NCBI GenBank assembly: GCA_963665125.2
Contig: CAXXUK010000002.1
Location: 640,001 to 704,000 of the forward strand
DNA: 64,000 bases
From: an uncultured Desulfarculus sp.
GTDB lineage: Bacteria > Desulfobacterota > Desulfarculia > Desulfarculales > Desulfarculaceae
Direction of reading: 5' to 3'
Shown one piece after another: positions 45,663 through 56,900 of this stretch. The notes beneath the pieces were generated by a model, which was not told the origin of the DNA, ran no database searches, and worked only from the letters and a program-made list of their open reading frames with translations. Each line of letters begins with the position of its first letter. Position 1 is the first letter of the stretch. The position numbers and the translations under genes are program-made.

Positions 45663-47984
45663 TTGCCAGAATTCCATGCTCACAGCGGTGACGGCTATGG
45701 TAGATGGCATCGGCTTGAAGAACACTTAAGAAGTGTTGCAACGTTGGCCGCCGGATTTACAAGGGCTTTTGGCGCTGAAAACGAGGCACGGCTAGCAGGC
45801 CTACTGCACGATCTCGGAAAGCTTACGGAACTTTTCCAGCAACGGCTACAAGGTCTTACCCACCATATAGACCATTGGAGCATAGGAGCCTGGGCTGCAC
45901 TGAGCAAATACCCGCAAAGAGCCATAGGAGCTAGTCTGGCCATTGCGGGACACCACCTAGGCCTGCCCGACCGAAGCACTTTGGCTAACACCAACCCTGC
46001 CAAACCAAGACGCGATGGCCGCACCCTGTCGGAGTCTGATCTCGAGGTGCTTCTAGCGGGCCTGGAAGCAGACGGTGTTGATTTGCCGCAGGCTGAAACC
46101 TTTGTTGGAGAAATCACCAACCAATTCACCAAATCACCGGCGACAGACATGCTGGATTGCCGCATGCTGTTTTCGGCCCTGGTTGACGCTGACTTTCTCG
46201 ACACCGAAGCTCATTTTAAGCGCGGTGCAGACGGAATGAAGCGCTTGCGCGAGCCTGGCCCGGAGCTCGACGCGCAATGGGCTTTGGACATATTGCTTCG
46301 GCATATTGATCAATTGGCGCAGCATTCTAACTCAGCGCAAGAGGTCAACCAATTGCGTAGTGATCTGTTTGCCGCTTGCCTTCATAGCGCCGAACGGCAA
46401 ACTGGGACCTTCACTCTCTCGGCACCCACTGGTGCGGGTAAAACATTGTCTATGCTGGCCTTCGCCCTGAAGCATGCCGCTGACCACGGCTTGAGGCGTG
46501 TGGTGCTGGTGATCCCCTATTTGTCCATCATTGATCAAACAGTCGAAGTGCTTCGCCAGGTATTTGCGTCTCAATTGTCGCCAGACGTTAACCCCGAGCA
46601 CTACATTTTAGAACACCACAGCCTAGCGGGACTTAGCTACACGGCTGATTATGATGATCGGGATGAAGCCCAGCACCGCAGGCAGGAATTAACCCAAAAC
46701 TGGGATGCACCCATTGTGGTTACGACCAGCGTCCAGATGCTGCATTCCATGTTTTCAAACCGGCCTGGGGCTTGCCGCAAACTGCACCGGTTGGCCTCCA
46801 GCGTTATTCTTTTCGATGAAGTTCAGACCCTGCCGAACCACCTGGCTGCCGCCACCCTGGCCACACTTAACCGGCTTTGCACCCGTTTTGGCTCCACGGT
46901 GGTATTTTCCACGGCCACCCAGCCGGCCTTTACAGAGCTAAACAAAAAAATTGTTACTCTTGGTGGGGTGGAGTGGGACCCCAAGGAAATAGCACCACCT
47001 GACTTATTCGAACGCATCAGGCGTGTCCAAGTACGGTGGCCTGAGCCGAATGAGAGACTCACAATACTGGAGATTGCTGAAAGGCTGAGCCAGAAGAGCA
47101 ACCAACGCAGTCTGAGCATATTCAACCTAAAGCGCCATGCTGGCGCTGTTTTGGCCGAATGCCGCAACTTTGGCAGTGAAGGCCTTTATCATCTATCCAC
47201 CAGTATGTGTCCGGCTCATCGGACCCAAATTTTAAAGCGTGTGAGGGAGTTGCTGGCCGATCCTGCCGAACCACCGGTGCGGTTGATCAGCACCCAATGC
47301 GTGGAAGCTGGTGTCGACCTTGATTTTCCTGTTGTGTGGCGTGCTTGGGGACCATTGACCGCAATTGCCCAGGCGGCTGGACGCTGCAACCGGGGCGGCA
47401 ACTTGAGCATGGGCAGTATGCGGGTTTTCAACCTTGACAAAGGCGATGCGTTTACGGGCCAAAGGCTTTATCCGGATATCGCTTACAAGCAGGCCGCAGA
47501 CACAGTATCTGTTGTCTTGCGAGCCAGGGGCACGGCTGCCATGGACATCGACAATCCCGAAGTGTTCCGTGAATTTTACTCGCTGTTATATGGCCTTAGA
47601 GGTGACGCCAAAAATGATAACGAGTTGGAAAAAACAATCAAGACACTTGATTTTCCAGAGGTGGCCCGCCTCTACCAACTTATTAACAATGACACCGTGA
47701 ACGTGCTGGTGCCCTATGACGGCGAGGCTTTTGCGGAGTTGGCCGATTTGGCGCGTCACGATGGCCTCAGCAGAGAGTGGATCAACTTGGCCAGACAACA
47801 CAGCGTCAGTATCTTCCGGCCAGTAGGCCATGACCCACTGCCCGATTTCATGGAGCCCATCCCCCTTTTGGGCCAAGGATCAGGCGTCATGTCCGATGAC
47901 TGGTTTATCTGCCGATCACCCGAAGCCTACGACCCGCTGATGGGGCTGGATGTGAACAAGGTGGGCAACTTGCTTATCGCATAA
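45663..47984 (+). CDS. cas3: Cas3 HD nuclease-helicase (type I-C)
   Basis: LEEHL, LLHDLGK, SALVDADFLDT, APTGAGKT, DEVQ, STAT, QAAGRCNR; TTG start. Confidence 0.96.
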   Translation: MPEFHAHSGDGYGRWHRLEEHLRSVATLAAGFTRAFGAENEARLAGLLHDLGKLTELFQQRLQGLTHHIDHWSIGAWAALSKYPQRAIGASLAIAGHHLGLPDRSTLANTNPAKPRRDGRTLSESDLEVLLAGLEADGVDLPQAETFVGEITNQFTKSPATDMLDCRMLFSALVDADFLDTEAHFKRGADGMKRLREPGPELDAQWALDILLRHIDQLAQHSNSAQEVNQLRSDLFAACLHSAERQTGTFTLSAPTGAGKTLSMLAFALKHAADHGLRRVVLVIPYLSIIDQTVEVLRQVFASQLSPDVNPEHYILEHHSLAGLSYTADYDDRDEAQHRRQELTQNWDAPIVVTTSVQMLHSMFSNRPGACRKLHRLASSVILFDEVQTLPNHLAAATLATLNRLCTRFGSTVVFSTATQPAFTELNKKIVTLGGVEWDPKEIAPPDLFERIRRVQVRWPEPNERLTILEIAERLSQKSNQRSLSIFNLKRHAGAVLAECRNFGSEGLYHLSTSMCPAHRTQILKRVRELLADPAEPPVRLISTQCVEAGVDLDFPVVWRAWGPLTAIAQAAGRCNRGGNLSMGSMRVFNLDKGDAFTGQRLYPDIAYKQAADTVSVVLRARGTAAMDIDNPEVFREFYSLLYGLRGDAKNDNELEKTIKTLDFPEVARLYQLINNDTVNVLVPYDGEAFAELADLARHDGLSREWINLARQHSVSIFRPVGHDPLPDFMEPIPLLGQGSGVMSDDWFICRSPEAYDPLMGLDVNKVGNLLIA

Positions 47985-48161
47985 TTTATGTGATATCAGG
48001 AAATGTGACTGCGTGTGGGGGGAGACGTGCACAGTATCAATTTTCAACCAAGATTAGTGAGCGAGGCCTGATTCTGGAGGCTGTCGCTCTTTTTTAATCC
48101 TGCCCTGCGCCACAAAAACTCTTCAATAAATTTATGTCCATCCAACACAAAAGGAGGTTGC

Positions 48162-48896
48162 ATGCGACCCAAGAACCAAGCCCTCAGGGTATGGGGAGAC
48201 TTGGCATGCTTTACCCGCCCTGAAACCAAGGCAGAACGGTACTCTTACCCACTTATCACCCCTTCGGCTGCCAGAGGCATCTATGATGCCATCTATTGCA
48301 AACCCAAGGAATTCCGATGGCAAATTAAGCGGATCGAGGTGCTCAAAATGCCATCTTTCATTCCCCTGCGCCGCAATGAAGTAAAGGAAAAAATTAGCAT
48401 TAGAGACGTAGGGCGCTGGATTAAAGACACCGCCCAGCCCGAACCCATTCTGGCTGACGGTGACAAAAGCATACTGGGCACTGACATGAAGGGCCGCACT
48501 CAGCGACAGACAATTGCCCTCAGGGATGTTGCCTATGTGCTTCACGCCGAGATACTGCCTTGGCCTGGCATGGAAAAACGGCAGCAAGGCTTGGAGGCCC
48601 AGTTCCGCCGCCGGGCCGGGAGCGGAAAATGCGTATGGCAGCCTTACCTTGGTTGCCGCGAGTTTCCCGCCTATTTCGAACTATTGGATGTAGGGGAGGA
48701 GGCCGAGCCGTTTCCTTTTGACCAGGACTTGGGCTACATGCTCTACGATGTCTTTGATCTCGCCCGGCCGGGAAACGCCTTTTCCAAACCATGTATTAGC
48801 TTGTTTCAGGCTCGGGTGCGGGGCGGAGTATTGCAGGTGCCGCCGTATGACAGCCCCGAGGTGATAAAAGTGACCCAAGGAGCGGTCCATGCTTGA
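48162..48896 (+). CDS. cas5c: Cas5c (type I-C)
   Basis: GDLACFTRPE.KAERYSY..ITPSAARG, RRNEV, QPYLGCREF. Confidence 0.96.
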   Translation: MRPKNQALRVWGDLACFTRPETKAERYSYPLITPSAARGIYDAIYCKPKEFRWQIKRIEVLKMPSFIPLRRNEVKEKISIRDVGRWIKDTAQPEPILADGDKSILGTDMKGRTQRQTIALRDVAYVLHAEILPWPGMEKRQQGLEAQFRRRAGSGKCVWQPYLGCREFPAYFELLDVGEEAEPFPFDQDLGYMLYDVFDLARPGNAFSKPCISLFQARVRGGVLQVPPYDSPEVIKVTQGAVHA

Positions 48897-50727
48897 CAGA
48901 CTTGTGGAATATGGCCGCCAGAGCGGTCTCAAGCCTGAGCCGGGCTATAAAGTCAAGCTGGTGCACTGGGCCATAATATGCGGTTCCAACGGAGATTTTT
49001 TGTCCGTTGCCCCTTTGGGACAGCAGCAAGGAAACCGTAATTCAGGACTACAGTTCACCAAGGCCCCCAACCTTACCCAAAGTCAAATGACCAGCGGGCC
49101 CAAGAACTGCCGCCATTTCCTGGCAGACAGCTTGGCGGTGGTTACGCTGCTGGGCCAGGCCAAGGCGGGGGAGGCGGCCAAGGCCAAACATGAGTTCTTC
49201 AAGGACCTGTTGCGCCTGGCCGCTGCGGAGGTTCCCAGCCTGAAGGGCCTTGCCGCAATACTGGACGATCCAGCCACCCTGGAAACCATTAACGCCGTGT
49301 TGACCGAAACTGGGGCAAAACCCACGGAAACCGCAAGCTTCCAGGTGGATGGAGTCTTTGTCCTGGAATCCGGGGAGTGGCATGATTGGTGGAACTCATG
49401 GTGGCAAGAGAACTGCCCTCTGAAGTTGGGTAAAGACCTGCAGCCCGATCTGCTTACCGGTGAACCAGTACTGCCGCTGACCTCTCACTACAAGATAGCC
49501 GGACTGGCAGGAACAGGCGGTCAACCAAGCGGCGATGCACTTGTGAGTTTTGACAAGGACGCTTTTCAGTCCTACGGGCTCAGCGCATCAGCCAATGCTG
49601 CTTTCTCGCCCCAATCGGCCGTCGAATACAGCGAAGCCTTAAACATGTTGCTACGGGAAAACAGCCGCAACCTGGCCGGAGCCAAGGTGGTCTACTGGTT
49701 CAAGGAGCGCCTGCCCAGTCCCGAGGATGATTTGTTGGGTCCGCTGTTTGGCGCCAATGAGGAGAGCATGGCCCTGGACGCTCACAAGCAGGCTAAAAGG
49801 CTTCTCCAGGCCATCCGTAAAGGGGAAAGGCCCGACTTGGGCAGTAACCGTTATTATGCCATGACCCTTTCGGGCATGGCTGGCCGGGTAATGCTCCGAG
49901 ACTGGATGGAGGGCGGCTTCGAAGAGTTGGCCGCCAGCATTGACGCCTGGTTTGACGGATTGGAACTAGCGGACCTCTTTGGCGGGGGCAAGATAAAACC
50001 GCCCAGGATCAATTCGCTTATCACCTGCGGCATGAAGCCAAAAAAACCCAAACAGCAATATAGCGACTGGGTAAAGCCTGTGAAATGGGAAGCCGCGCAT
50101 ATGTGGAAAGCCGCCCTGAACAGAAGGCGTCCCATTCCCCGTAGCGCCATGGACCGGCTGGTAATAGCCCATAACAGGGCCATGGTTTCTGGCGAGTACA
50201 GAAACGAACAGGGCAAAATAGCCTCTCCGGCGCTCCTGTACAGCCGCATGGCCTTGATAAAGGCCTATCACATACGGCAAAACCGTCTTAATGGTCAAGG
50301 AGGACAGACCTTGCATTACGCCCTAAACGAAAACCATCCAGACCCTGCCTACCATTGTGGTCGGCTTATGGCGATTCTGGAAACAGTGCAAAACTTGGCC
50401 CAAGGTCAGGTAAAGGCCGGCGTCGTCACCCGCTTTTACAGCGCAACCGCCGCCAATCCAAGGCTGGCCTTTGCGCGTTTGATCAGCCTGAGCAATCACC
50501 ACCTGGACAAGATGCAAAAGAAAGAATCCGGCAGGCTGGCAGGCTATTTCAAAGGCCAGATCGCTTCGGTGATGAACGCAATCGCGGACAATTTTCCCGC
50601 CTCGTTGGATATGAACGGCCAGAGCCTGTTCGCCTTGGGCTATTATCACCAGCTTGCCTGGCGCAAAGACCAAAACCAAGAATCGCCCCAGACTATTTCC
50701 GAAGATCGGAGTAGAGCAGATGACTGA
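48889..50727 (+). CDS. cas8c: Cas8c/Csd1
   Basis: [28 protein letters not shown]. Confidence 0.95.
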   Translation: MLDRLVEYGRQSGLKPEPGYKVKLVHWAIICGSNGDFLSVAPLGQQQGNRNSGLQFTKAPNLTQSQMTSGPKNCRHFLADSLAVVTLLGQAKAGEAAKAKHEFFKDLLRLAAAEVPSLKGLAAILDDPATLETINAVLTETGAKPTETASFQVDGVFVLESGEWHDWWNSWWQENCPLKLGKDLQPDLLTGEPVLPLTSHYKIAGLAGTGGQPSGDALVSFDKDAFQSYGLSASANAAFSPQSAVEYSEALNMLLRENSRNLAGAKVVYWFKERLPSPEDDLLGPLFGANEESMALDAHKQAKRLLQAIRKGERPDLGSNRYYAMTLSGMAGRVMLRDWMEGGFEELAASIDAWFDGLELADLFGGGKIKPPRINSLITCGMKPKKPKQQYSDWVKPVKWEAAHMWKAALNRRRPIPRSAMDRLVIAHNRAMVSGEYRNEQGKIASPALLYSRMALIKAYHIRQNRLNGQGGQTLHYALNENHPDPAYHCGRLMAILETVQNLAQGQVKAGVVTRFYSATAANPRLAFARLISLSNHHLDKMQKKESGRLAGYFKGQIASVMNAIADNFPASLDMNGQSLFALGYYHQLAWRKDQNQESPQTISEDRSRADD

Positions 50728-51760
50728 ATATATTTCCAACCGTTATGAGTTCATGTTTCTGTTTGATTGCGAAAACGGCAACCCCAATGGTGACCCGGAC
50801 GCGGACAACGCCCCGCGCATAGACCCTCAGGATATGCACGGTCTGGTCAGCGATGTGGCCATCAAGCGGCGTCTGCGCAACTATGTGCAGATTGCCATGG
50901 ACAATCAGAGCCCCAACGCCATTTTTGTTCAGCAGGCCACCAACCTCAACCGGCCCATCAGCCTGGCCCATGAGCAGACCGGCGGCCTGCCCGAGAAAGG
51001 CAAAAAGGCCAATAAGGACAAGGTAGCCCAGGCGCGCAACTGGATGTGCCAAAACTTTTATGATGTGCGCGCCTTTGGTGCGGTTATGTCCACCGGGGCC
51101 AACGCCGGGCAAGTGCGGGGACCGGTGCAAATCGCTTGGTCGCGCAGCGTGGACCCTGTGCTGCCTCTGGACATGACCCTGACCCGCATGGCCAAGGCCA
51201 CAGAGATCAAGGGCGGTTCGAGCGCTGATTACGCCGCCCAGGAGGCGGAAACTCCTGAAGACGAACTGCGCACCATGGGCCGCAAGTCCATCATTCCCTA
51301 TGGCCTGTACATGGGCAAGGGCTTCATCAGCGCGCATTTGGCCCAGGTATCTGCGGATAACGGCACGGGCGGCACTGGCTTCAGCCAGGACGACCTGAGC
51401 CTGCTTTGGGAGGCTCTGCTCAAGATGTATGAGCACGATCGCTCCACCTCCAAAGGCGTGATGACCGTGCAGGAACCAATTGTGGTTTTCAAGCACGTCG
51501 GCACAGACACCGACGTCCAGCAACGCGCTCGGCAGGCCATTTTGGGCTGCGCCCCTGCACACAAGCTATTTGACCTGGTAAACGTTCAGCGCAAGGACCC
51601 AGCCAAGGCCGCCCGCCGATTTAGCGACTACCAAGTGACCTTCAAAGCAAGCGCCCTACCCGCTGGTGTAGAGTGTTGGCTGCTAACCAATGGCGAGGGC
51701 GGCGGTCCGGCATTTATTGAGCCCAGCTTGGTCGAGATTGATAACTTCAGTGTCGTTTAG
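50720..51760 (+). CDS. cas7c: Cas7c/Csd2
   Basis: [38 protein letters not shown]; start ATG 50720. Confidence 0.96.
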   Translation: MTEYISNRYEFMFLFDCENGNPNGDPDADNAPRIDPQDMHGLVSDVAIKRRLRNYVQIAMDNQSPNAIFVQQATNLNRPISLAHEQTGGLPEKGKKANKDKVAQARNWMCQNFYDVRAFGAVMSTGANAGQVRGPVQIAWSRSVDPVLPLDMTLTRMAKATEIKGGSSADYAAQEAETPEDELRTMGRKSIIPYGLYMGKGFISAHLAQVSADNGTGGTGFSQDDLSLLWEALLKMYEHDRSTSKGVMTVQEPIVVFKHVGTDTDVQQRARQAILGCAPAHKLFDLVNVQRKDPAKAARRFSDYQVTFKASALPAGVECWLLTNGEGGGPAFIEPSLVEIDNFSVV

Positions 51761-52463
51761 TAAGCAAGACGATAGCCTCTATGCTGAAAATGAGCTGCTA
51801 CCCGTCTCTGGCTTGGCCCACATGGTATTTTGCCCAAGGCGCTGGGCATTAGTACACGCCGAGGGTTTATGGGTCGACAATCAAGCCACCGCCCAGGGCA
51901 GTGATCTGCACAATAAAGTGCATGATGAAGGCGCAACGCACCGAGGCCGCGTGGTGGAGGCCCGCGCCTTGCGTTTACGCAGTCTGGCTCTGGGCTTGGT
52001 CGGCGTAAGTGACGTGGTGGAATTTCATGCCCTGCAAAAGGGGCATGAAGATGGCTGTTCACTTCACGGCAGAGATGGCCAATGGCGGCCGGTGCCTGTG
52101 GAGCATAAAAGAGGCCGGCCCCAGCCCGATGACTGCTATCACGTGCAGTTGGCCGCCCAAGCCATGTGCCTTGAAGAAATGACAGGGGCAACCGTAATTT
52201 TGGGATACATCTTCCATGCTCAGACGCGTCGCCGCCAGGAAGTATTGATAGACCAAGCCTTGCGAAAACGAACCGCACAATTGGCCCAGAGGATGCACGC
52301 CATGATCAAAGACGGTGCTACACCAACAGCTGAATACAACAAGAAGTGCCGGGGCTGCTCCATGTACGACCTTTGTCAACCAAGAACTCTGGCGCGGCAA
52401 AAAAGCGCTCGGCGTTATGTAGCATGGGCGTTGGGAAATTTGGACAAGGGAGAATACCCATGA
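51750..52463 (+). CDS. cas4: Cas4
   Basis: [38 protein letters not shown]; start uncertain (GTG 51750 assumed). Confidence 0.94.
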   Translation: MSFSKQDDSLYAENELLPVSGLAHMVFCPRRWALVHAEGLWVDNQATAQGSDLHNKVHDEGATHRGRVVEARALRLRSLALGLVGVSDVVEFHALQKGHEDGCSLHGRDGQWRPVPVEHKRGRPQPDDCYHVQLAAQAMCLEEMTGATVILGYIFHAQTRRRQEVLIDQALRKRTAQLAQRMHAMIKDGATPTAEYNKKCRGCSMYDLCQPRTLARQKSARRYVAWALGNLDKGEYP

Positions 52464-53491
52464 AGAAGCTGGCTAACACCTTGTTCGTAACGACTCAAGG
52501 CAGCTATCTTGCCAAGGAAGGCGAAACTGTCACGGTTCTTGTAGAGGGCAAACCACGTTTGCGAGTGCCTATACACAATTTAGCCGGCATCGTTTGCTTT
52601 GGCCATGTGGGGGCCTCGCCCGCCCTCATGGGCCTTTGCGGCCGTAGTGGGGTTGGACTGAGTTTCCTCAGCGAGCGGGGGAGGTTTTTAGCTAGAGTGG
52701 CGGGGCCGGTCAGCGGCAATGTCTTGCTGCGAAGACAACAATACCGGCTGGCTGATTCTGGCCTGGAACGCGCGACCCTGGCCAAGCTGTTCGTGGCGGG
52801 CAAAATCGTAAATTGCCGTCAGGTGCTCATGCGCGCAGCCAGGGATCGGCCAAACGAATCCGGAGTGACTGAGTTACGTCTTGCTGCAAATCAATTGGCG
52901 AGTATAGGACAACGGCTCAACGACCATATCAATTTGGAAACAGTGCGTGGTCTTGAAGGGGAAGCGGCACGATACTACTTTCAGGTCTTTGATCACCTCA
53001 TCAGCAGCAACAAAGAAACCTTTTTCTTTAAAACCCGCAACCGAAGGCCGCCACTAGACAATATGAACGCATTATTGTCGTTCCTCTATGTCCTGTTGGC
53101 CCATGACGCGGCGTCCGCCCTGGAAGGAGTCGGGTTGGATCCTTATGTGGGTTTTCTGCACTCCGATCGACCTGGTCGGCCCAGTCTTGCCTTGGATCTG
53201 ATGGAAGAACTCCGGCCCATTCTGGCGGATCGGGTTGCTTTGAGCCTGGTCAATAGGAAGCAAGTAAAGTCAGCCGGTTTTCGCACCACCGAAAGCGGCG
53301 CGGTAAGTATGGATGATGACACCAGGAAGAACGTGTTGGACGCCTATCACAAACGAAAGCAGGAAGTTATAACTCATGCTTTTTTAGAGGAAAAATTCGC
53401 CTTGGGCCTATTGCCTCATGCCCAAGCCATGCTGTTGGCCCGGCATTTGAGGGGAGATATTGATGGGTATGTACCTTATTTCTGGAAATAA
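52460..53491 (+). CDS. cas1: Cas1 (type I-C)
   Basis: NTLFVTTQG, GNVLLRRQQY, RGLEGEAA, RRPPLD..NALLSFLY, LALDLMEELR. Confidence 0.97.
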   Translation: MKKLANTLFVTTQGSYLAKEGETVTVLVEGKPRLRVPIHNLAGIVCFGHVGASPALMGLCGRSGVGLSFLSERGRFLARVAGPVSGNVLLRRQQYRLADSGLERATLAKLFVAGKIVNCRQVLMRAARDRPNESGVTELRLAANQLASIGQRLNDHINLETVRGLEGEAARYYFQVFDHLISSNKETFFFKTRNRRPPLDNMNALLSFLYVLLAHDAASALEGVGLDPYVGFLHSDRPGRPSLALDLMEELRPILADRVALSLVNRKQVKSAGFRTTESGAVSMDDDTRKNVLDAYHKRKQEVITHAFLEEKFALGLLPHAQAMLLARHLRGDIDGYVPYFWK

Positions 53492-53509
53492 GACCAAAGG
53501 AACCGAGCC

Positions 53510-53800
53510 ATGATGGTGCTGGTGACCTATGACGTCAACACTCAAAGCGCCGAAGGCCGTCGTCGTCTGCGCAACGTGGCCAAAATTTGTGAGAACTTTG
53601 GCCAGCGGGTGCAGAACTCTGTGTTCGAATGCTTATTGGACCCAGCCCAGTGGGTGGCGATGCGCTCACGCCTGAAGGCTGCTGCCAACCTTGAGCAAGA
53701 CTCGTTGCGTTTTTACTTCTTGGGTAAAAACTATAAGCGCCGCCTTGAGCATATCGGGGCCAAGCCGGGATACGATCCAGAGGGTCTATTGGTGGTGTAG
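53510..53800 (+). CDS. cas2: Cas2
   Basis: VLVTYDV...GQRVQNSVFEC...DSLRFY. Confidence 0.97.
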   Translation: MMVLVTYDVNTQSAEGRRRLRNVAKICENFGQRVQNSVFECLLDPAQWVAMRSRLKAAANLEQDSLRFYFLGKNYKRRLEHIGAKPGYDPEGLLVV

Positions 53801-53986
53801 TGTGGCCGCGCGAACATCAAGCACACGACGATTCTCCGGAAGCTTCGCGCTGTGGCCAAGGTCATGCAATTACAGGCTAATTAGCGCTCATGAACGGGAA
53901 AAGGCACTCTAGGTGAGGCTCTGGCCCACAGTTTCGCGCAAACGGGACAATATATTAAGTTTTTTTGCGGATTTGCATAATCCGCA
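53801..53986 (+). promoter_or_regulatory. CRISPR leader
   Basis: Between cas2 and the first repeat; gcgcgaac...ttcgcgc motifs and AT-rich proximal part. Confidence 0.8.
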
Positions 53987-56900
53987 GTCGCCCTCCGTGC
54001 GAGGGCGTGGATTGAAACATAATTTCGAGTTCCTATGAATCTCCAATAGTCGTCGCCCTCCGTGCGAGGGCGTGGATTGAAACTAATGCCCTTTGCCTCA
54101 ACAGCGGAACCAGCGCGTCGCCCTCCGTGCGAGGGCGTGGATTGAAACGTCAAAACTGGAGAATTAGCTTGGTTGACATCGCGTCGCCCTCCGTGCGAGG
54201 GCGTGGATTGAAACAGCCCGTTCGGCGATCGCAGCCCCAAGGCCAAGGCCGTCGCCCTCCGTGCGAGGGCGTGGATTGAAACGATACGGTGGCGATAGCC
54301 TAATGCGCATCACCACGTCGCCCTCCGTGCGAGGGCGTGGATTGAAACGGGACGATGCCGAAATGCGCGCGGAATATTGTAGTCGCCCTCCGTGCGAGGG
54401 CGTGGATTGAAACTGCAATATCGCTGGCGTAAATACTTCGGGCCTTGGTCGCCCTCCGTGCGAGGGCGTGGATTGAAACTGTGTCTTACCGCCAGACAAA
54501 ACATTATATAGATGTCGCCCTCCGTGCGAGGGCGTGGATTGAAACACGGAAAGACGCGCTTTTTAAAGGAGCAAGGTTCCGCGTCGCCCTCCGTGCGAGG
54601 GCGTGGATTGAAACATCGCGTCATAGATGCTGGCTATACAGAGGTTGAGTCGCCCTCCGTGCGAGGGCGTGGATTGAAACTGGTGGCCGAGGGGGTATAA
54701 GTCACGGAACCCCACTGTCGCCCTCCGTGCGAGGGCGTGGATTGAAACCAGCACCGGCGTTGTTTCCCTTGCAGAGGGGATGTCGCCCTCCGTGCGAGGG
54801 CGTGGATTGAAACCGTCATTGCAATCCGCAAATCGCCAGCCGTGTTTGGTCGCCCTCCGTGCGAGGGCGTGGATTGAAACTCATTTTGCGCAGCACCGCA
54901 TTGGGGCACGTTTAGTCGCCCTCCGTGCGAGGGCGTGGATTGAAACAACTCCGCTGCGCGAAAGGTGGCGTGGATATTCTTGTCGCCCTCCGTGCGAGGG
55001 CGTGGATTGAAACCATCACTGTCCTCCAAACTTTTTCTCAAGTAATGTCGCCCTCCGTGCGAGGGCGTGGATTGAAACTATCCCGTGGTGAACCCCGGCA
55101 TCAAAAACAGGTAGTCGCCCTCCGTGCGAGGGCGTGGATTGAAACACTATGCGATTAGCCGTAAACGAAGACTACAAAAGTCGCCCTCCGTGCGAGGGCG
55201 TGGATTGAAACAAACACAAAACAGTGTGGATATGGTGCCCGTCTGTCGCCCTCCGTGCGAGGGCGTGGATTGAAACAAACCAGTTTTCGTATGATTGCTC
55301 ATCACTTCTCGTCGCCCTCCGTGCGAGGGCGTGGATTGAAACAAATATTGCGATATGTGGCCAAACGAGTCGCGCCAGGTCGCCCTCCGTGCGAGGGCGT
55401 GGATTGAAACAATGTCTTTCCACCAGCCTCGAACAGCATCAGAAGGTCGCCCTCCGTGCGAGGGCGTGGATTGAAACTTCGCTCGGTGTAATTAGGCTAA
55501 AGTCAACGCCATGTCGCCCTCCGTGCGAGGGCGTGGATTGAAACATGGTTACGGTTTCGTCGTCGTGCCATGGCCCGGGTCGCCCTCCGTGCGAGGGCGT
55601 GGATTGAAACACGCTTGCTTGGCCGCGCACAAACTCCAGTGTGGGTCGCCCTCCGTGCGAGGGCGTGGATTGAAACAGGCCGTGGTAAACGTCTGAATGT
55701 TTGTCGCAGGTCGCCCTCCGTGCGAGGGCGTGGATTGAAACGATTTAGACGCAGATCTTATACGGTCCCTTGTCGAGTCGCCCTCCGTGCGAGGGCGTGG
55801 ATTGAAACTTCAGCATGTTTGCGCTCTTCATACTTGAAGCTGTGTCGCCCTCCGTGCGAGGGCGTGGATTGAAACTTTCTTTGGAAGAGTTCAATGCGGA
55901 CTGGTCTGAGTCGCCCTCCGTGCGAGGGCGTGGATTGAAACTTCTTCAACGCCGCACATTTCGGCCACACGGCGATGTCGCCCTCCGTGCGAGGGCGTGG
56001 ATTGAAACTGGCACGTCAACGGCAACCTCTTTGCCGTCATCGTGTCGCCCTCCGTGCGAGGGCGTGGATTGAAACAAAATACAGGGCCATCATGACCGGC
56101 ACACCGTTTAGTCGCCCTCCGTGCGAGGGCGTGGATTGAAACTATCCGGGACAACGGGTTTTGCTTCCCGATTGTGGTCGCCCTCCGTGCGAGGGCGTGG
56201 ATTGAAACGCATTTAGACCCCGCGCCGGTACCAATTTTGATAGTCGCCCTCCGTGCGAGGGCGTGGATTGAAACCAATCGATAGAACCGTTGCCGTCTGC
56301 GAAGAGTTGTCGCCCTCCGTGCGAGGGCGTGGATTGAAACTAGATGTAACTGTTTGTACGGTGGTTCGGGCAATGTCGCCCTCCGTGCGAGGGCGTGGAT
56401 TGAAACAATGCCCCACCATCAACGGTAGTCATGTGCTTAAGTCGCCCTCCGTGCGAGGGCGTGGATTGAAACGATATAACCTCGTCGCCGGGACCAACGC
56501 CAGCCAAGTCGCCCTCCGTGCGAGGGCGTGGATTGAAACTTTTCATCAAAACACGAGCACGGCTGTGGGCTGGTCGCCCTCCGTGCGAGGGCGTGGATTG
56601 AAACTTTTATACATTAGCAGGGAGCGGAAGGCGCAATGTCGCCCTCCGTGCGAGGGCGTGGATTGAAACTCCCCGAAAACCGCTTCGGGGACATCGGATA
56701 ACGAGTCGCCCTCCGTGCGAGGGCGTGGATTGAAACATGTTTTCTACCTTTCGAGCCTCGGAATACTGGGTCGCCCTCCGTGCGAGGGCGTGGATTGAAA
56801 CATACCTAGTTGAGATGCTTCGTTATATGCGGCCAGGTCGCCCTCCGTGCGAGGGCGTGGATTGAAACTAACTCCTCGTCGGCGTCCAAGATCAAAACCC

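Noticed and set aside
47985..48161. Possible degenerate CRISPR repeat or regulatory mini-array between cas3 and cas5 (gcgaggcctgatt)
   Set aside because: Only a short partial match with no hairpin or ATTGAAAC end; cannot be supported by eye
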